DNA of 62,193 nucleotides, counting the filler, from Nitrospinota bacterium (GTDB taxonomy: Bacteria > JAUXIQ01), in assembly GCA_030620925.1 (NCBI GenBank). It is 11 parts of 11 records of this genome, joined end to end, with 100 filler letters (N's around TTAATTAATTAA, not from the genome) between each part and the next. Parts side by side here need not be neighbours in the genome. Positions count along the whole stretch, not along the records: positions 58,909 to 62,193 come from JAUXIQ010000336.1; 10 more parts are not named here. One strand, 5' to 3'. Below the pieces are notes generated by a model. The model ran no database searches and had not been told where the DNA came from. It saw only the letters and a list, made by a program, of their open reading frames with translations. Both the position numbers and the translations under genes were made by a program. The stretch's first letter is position 1, and each line of letters starts with the position of its first letter. Below, one piece after another: positions 60,415 through 62,193 of this stretch.

Positions 60415-61397
60415 CCGTGCAATTCTATGACGTCTTCATCTTCCAGAACGTAATCTACGGAGACCTTCTGGCCGTCATATTTGTTCTCCGCCCAGATGCG
60501 GGCGAACTTGAGATTTCCCTCTAAATCCTTGTGCACCTTCCGAGCCAGGTCCTTAACGCTCTTTCCCTTAGAGAGGACGAACGGCTTCCGCCTGTCCATC
60601 TTCTTTCCGGGCGCCTTGGTATAGACCCGCACCAGTTGCAGGCTGAGGAACAATTCTTTCCCCAGGCCCTCCAGGTTCAGGCCTTCCCGTGCAGATAGCA
60701 CATAGACGTTGAGGCGCTCCCCGTACTTCGACTGAAGCTCTTTGAGACCCTCCCCGGCGCCCGGCAGATCGGCCCTGGTCCCCACCAGCATGACCTTTTT
60801 TACAATGTCGCCGAGGCCCGCTTCTTCCTCCGAAGACGTCCCTTCCAGGCATATCCTTTTCCCTTTAAGCTCTTCCACCAGCAGCTCCACCTGAGTTGCG
60901 GGATCGTCGGTTAAATCCACCACCAGCATCAGCAGGTCGGCGTTTCTGAAAAAGTTGTAAAGCCAGGATTCCGCCGATTCGTCCATGACCGCAGGGAGGT
61001 CGACCAACTGTATCTGAACGTTGTCCACCATCAGCATGCCCGGCACGGGCAACCTGGTGGTATAGAAATAATCCGCCACCTTGCTGTCCGCGTTGGTGAG
61101 GGCTTTGAGCAGGAGCGATTTTCCGGTATTGGGCAACCCCGCCATAGCCACCTGGGCCGCACCCTCCCTCTTCACCTGGTAGATGCTATCCCTTCGCCCC
61201 GCCTTGGGACTGGTTTCCACTTCCTCTCGCATCTTGGATAGACGTTTGCGGAGCTGCCCTATCAGTTTGTCAGTGCCTTTGTGATGGGGGATAATGGAGA
61301 GCATGGCCTCCATAATCTGAATCTTCTCCTGAGGCGTTTTGGCTTCCCTCAGCTTCTTCTCTGCCTCAAAATACTGCGGCGGTAAATTGGTGGGCAT
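60411..61397 (-). CDS. DRG-like OBG-family GTPase with C-terminal TGS domain
   Basis: MPTNLPP, IPHHKGTDKL, GLPNTGKS, YTT..P.PGM, QLVDLP, RVYTK and VH.DL...ARIW. Confidence 0.88.
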   Translation of the reverse strand: MPTNLPPQYFEAEKKLREAKTPQEKIQIMEAMLSIIPHHKGTDKLIGQLRKRLSKMREEVETSPKAGRRDSIYQVKREGAAQVAMAGLPNTGKSLLLKALTNADSKVADYFYTTRLPVPGMLMVDNVQIQLVDLPAVMDESAESWLYNFFRNADLLMLVVDLTDDPATQVELLVEELKGKRICLEGTSSEEEAGLGDIVKKVMLVGTRADLPGAGEGLKELQSKYGERLNVYVLSAREGLNLEGLGKELFLSLQLVRVYTKAPGKKMDRRKPFVLSKGKSVKDLARKVHKDLEGNLKFARIWAENKYDGQKVSVDYVLEDEDVIELHG

Positions 61398-61545
61398 AAC
61401 TTTTCGCCGATCGGTTAAGCGAAGAAGGTTTAAGGGTTTATGCTATCTATTTACTAATAACAGGAAACATCCCTCGTCGCGGGACGTGAATTGTCCCTAC
61501 GGGGTTTTCATACTGCTCATTATGCACGGACATCACAGCGACCTT

Positions 61546-61571
61546 TAGAGATAATTCATGAATTATCTCTA
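61546..61571. repeat. Perfect 26-bp palindrome (REP-like)
   Basis: TAGAGATAATTCATGAATTATCTCTA, immediately after the stop of the kinase gene. A related half-site TGAATTGTCCCTAC is at 61487-61500. Confidence 0.85.
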
Positions 61572-62193
61572 TTATCCCAGGGCATATGAACCCCTATCGT
61601 CTATGGTGGAAACGAAAGCCTGGCACTCCACGCCCGCCCGATTCATCACTTCGGACATGGCGTCGGTAACCGCAAAGGCTTTCTCCTCAGAATCGGTAAT
61701 CCCGAAAATAGAGGGTCCGGAACCGCATATCGAGCATCCATAAGCTCCGCTCTCGTGGGCGGCGTTCACTACCGGCATATAGAGGCTCTTCCCTGAGCCG
61801 TCTCTTATAAACGGCGCACGTTTGCTGGTTCTTATCTCATCCTGCTCCACGGCCCTGCCTACTTCCTCCAGGTCACCCTGCATCAGGGCTCGCACCAATC
61901 TCTCCGCCCCCTCTATATACTTCCAGACCGCGGCATCTTTTCCCCCGGAAGCCTTCGAAAGCCCTTCGGCGGCCTGAGCCTTGATCTCCTTGTATCGCTC
62001 GCATTGCGGGCTTTTCCCGCAGGCCAGCTCCGCGGTCACTGCCCCGGCGTACTCCACCATCTCCCGAATGGGTTCCTGCCCTTGTTTGAGTGCCTCTCTG
62101 GCTTCCAGGGTGTTGACCTGTATGTACGGACGGATGATGGCCAGGTGCAGATTTTCCCTCACGCTTGCCGGCAAAGGAAGGGGAATCAACTGC
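61572..62193 (-). CDS. GHMP kinase, probable homoserine kinase, 5' partial
   Basis: P...V.T.EAR..L and GA.GCSICGSGPSIF C-terminal GHMP motif. Truncated by the window end. Confidence 0.7.
   Translation of the reverse strand, partial: QLIPLPLPASVRENLHLAIIRPYIQVNTLEAREALKQGQEPIREMVEYAGAVTAELACGKSPQCERYKEIKAQAAEGLSKASGGKDAAVWKYIEGAERLVRALMQGDLEEVGRAVEQDEIRTSKRAPFIRDGSGKSLYMPVVNAAHESGAYGCSICGSGPSIFGITDSEEKAFAVTDAMSEVMNRAGVECQAFVSTIDDRGSYALG

Noticed and set aside
1..62193. CRISPR array, tRNA/rRNA genes, transposases, integrases, prophage or anti-phage defence genes
   Set aside because: No regularly spaced repeat-spacer array, cloverleaf or such protein motifs were recognised by eye. The REP-like repeats are dispersed doublets, not arrays.

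Overview
This 62 kb window is not one locus. It is 11 short contigs of a draft bacterial genome or MAG, joined by ten artificial 100-bp linkers (N44-TTAATTAATTAA-N44), so gene neighbourhoods are only meaningful within a contig. The gene content suggests a diderm, probably anaerobic bacterium resembling Desulfobacterota or Nitrospinota (inference only). Housekeeping blocks are murG-murC-murB-ftsQ-ftsA, dnaA with DnaA boxes, xseAB-ispA-dxs-tlyA-lgt, atpZ-atpI-atpB, B12-dependent nrdJ, cobT-cobS-cobO, tsaD, trmI, dinB and pcrA. There are many acyl-CoA catabolic genes: three 2-hydroxyacyl-CoA dehydratase-family subunits, fadH, a crotonase, an SDR, a thiolase with a DUF35 partner, and a xanthine-oxidase-family Mo subunit. 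Highlights missed by the ORF track: (1) a selenocysteine-containing selD with an in-frame UGA and SECIS hairpin, divergent from a LysR regulator; (2) a phnP-like phosphodiesterase / diadenylate cyclase / AcuC deacetylase operon; (3) a candidate three-way-junction leader RNA at 48.3 kb; (4) tandem NrdR boxes plus paired DnaA boxes at nrdJ; (5) GTAG-type REP-like palindromes that repeatedly carry a nested ~17-bp mini-palindrome. No rRNA, tRNA, CRISPR array or transposase was recognised.
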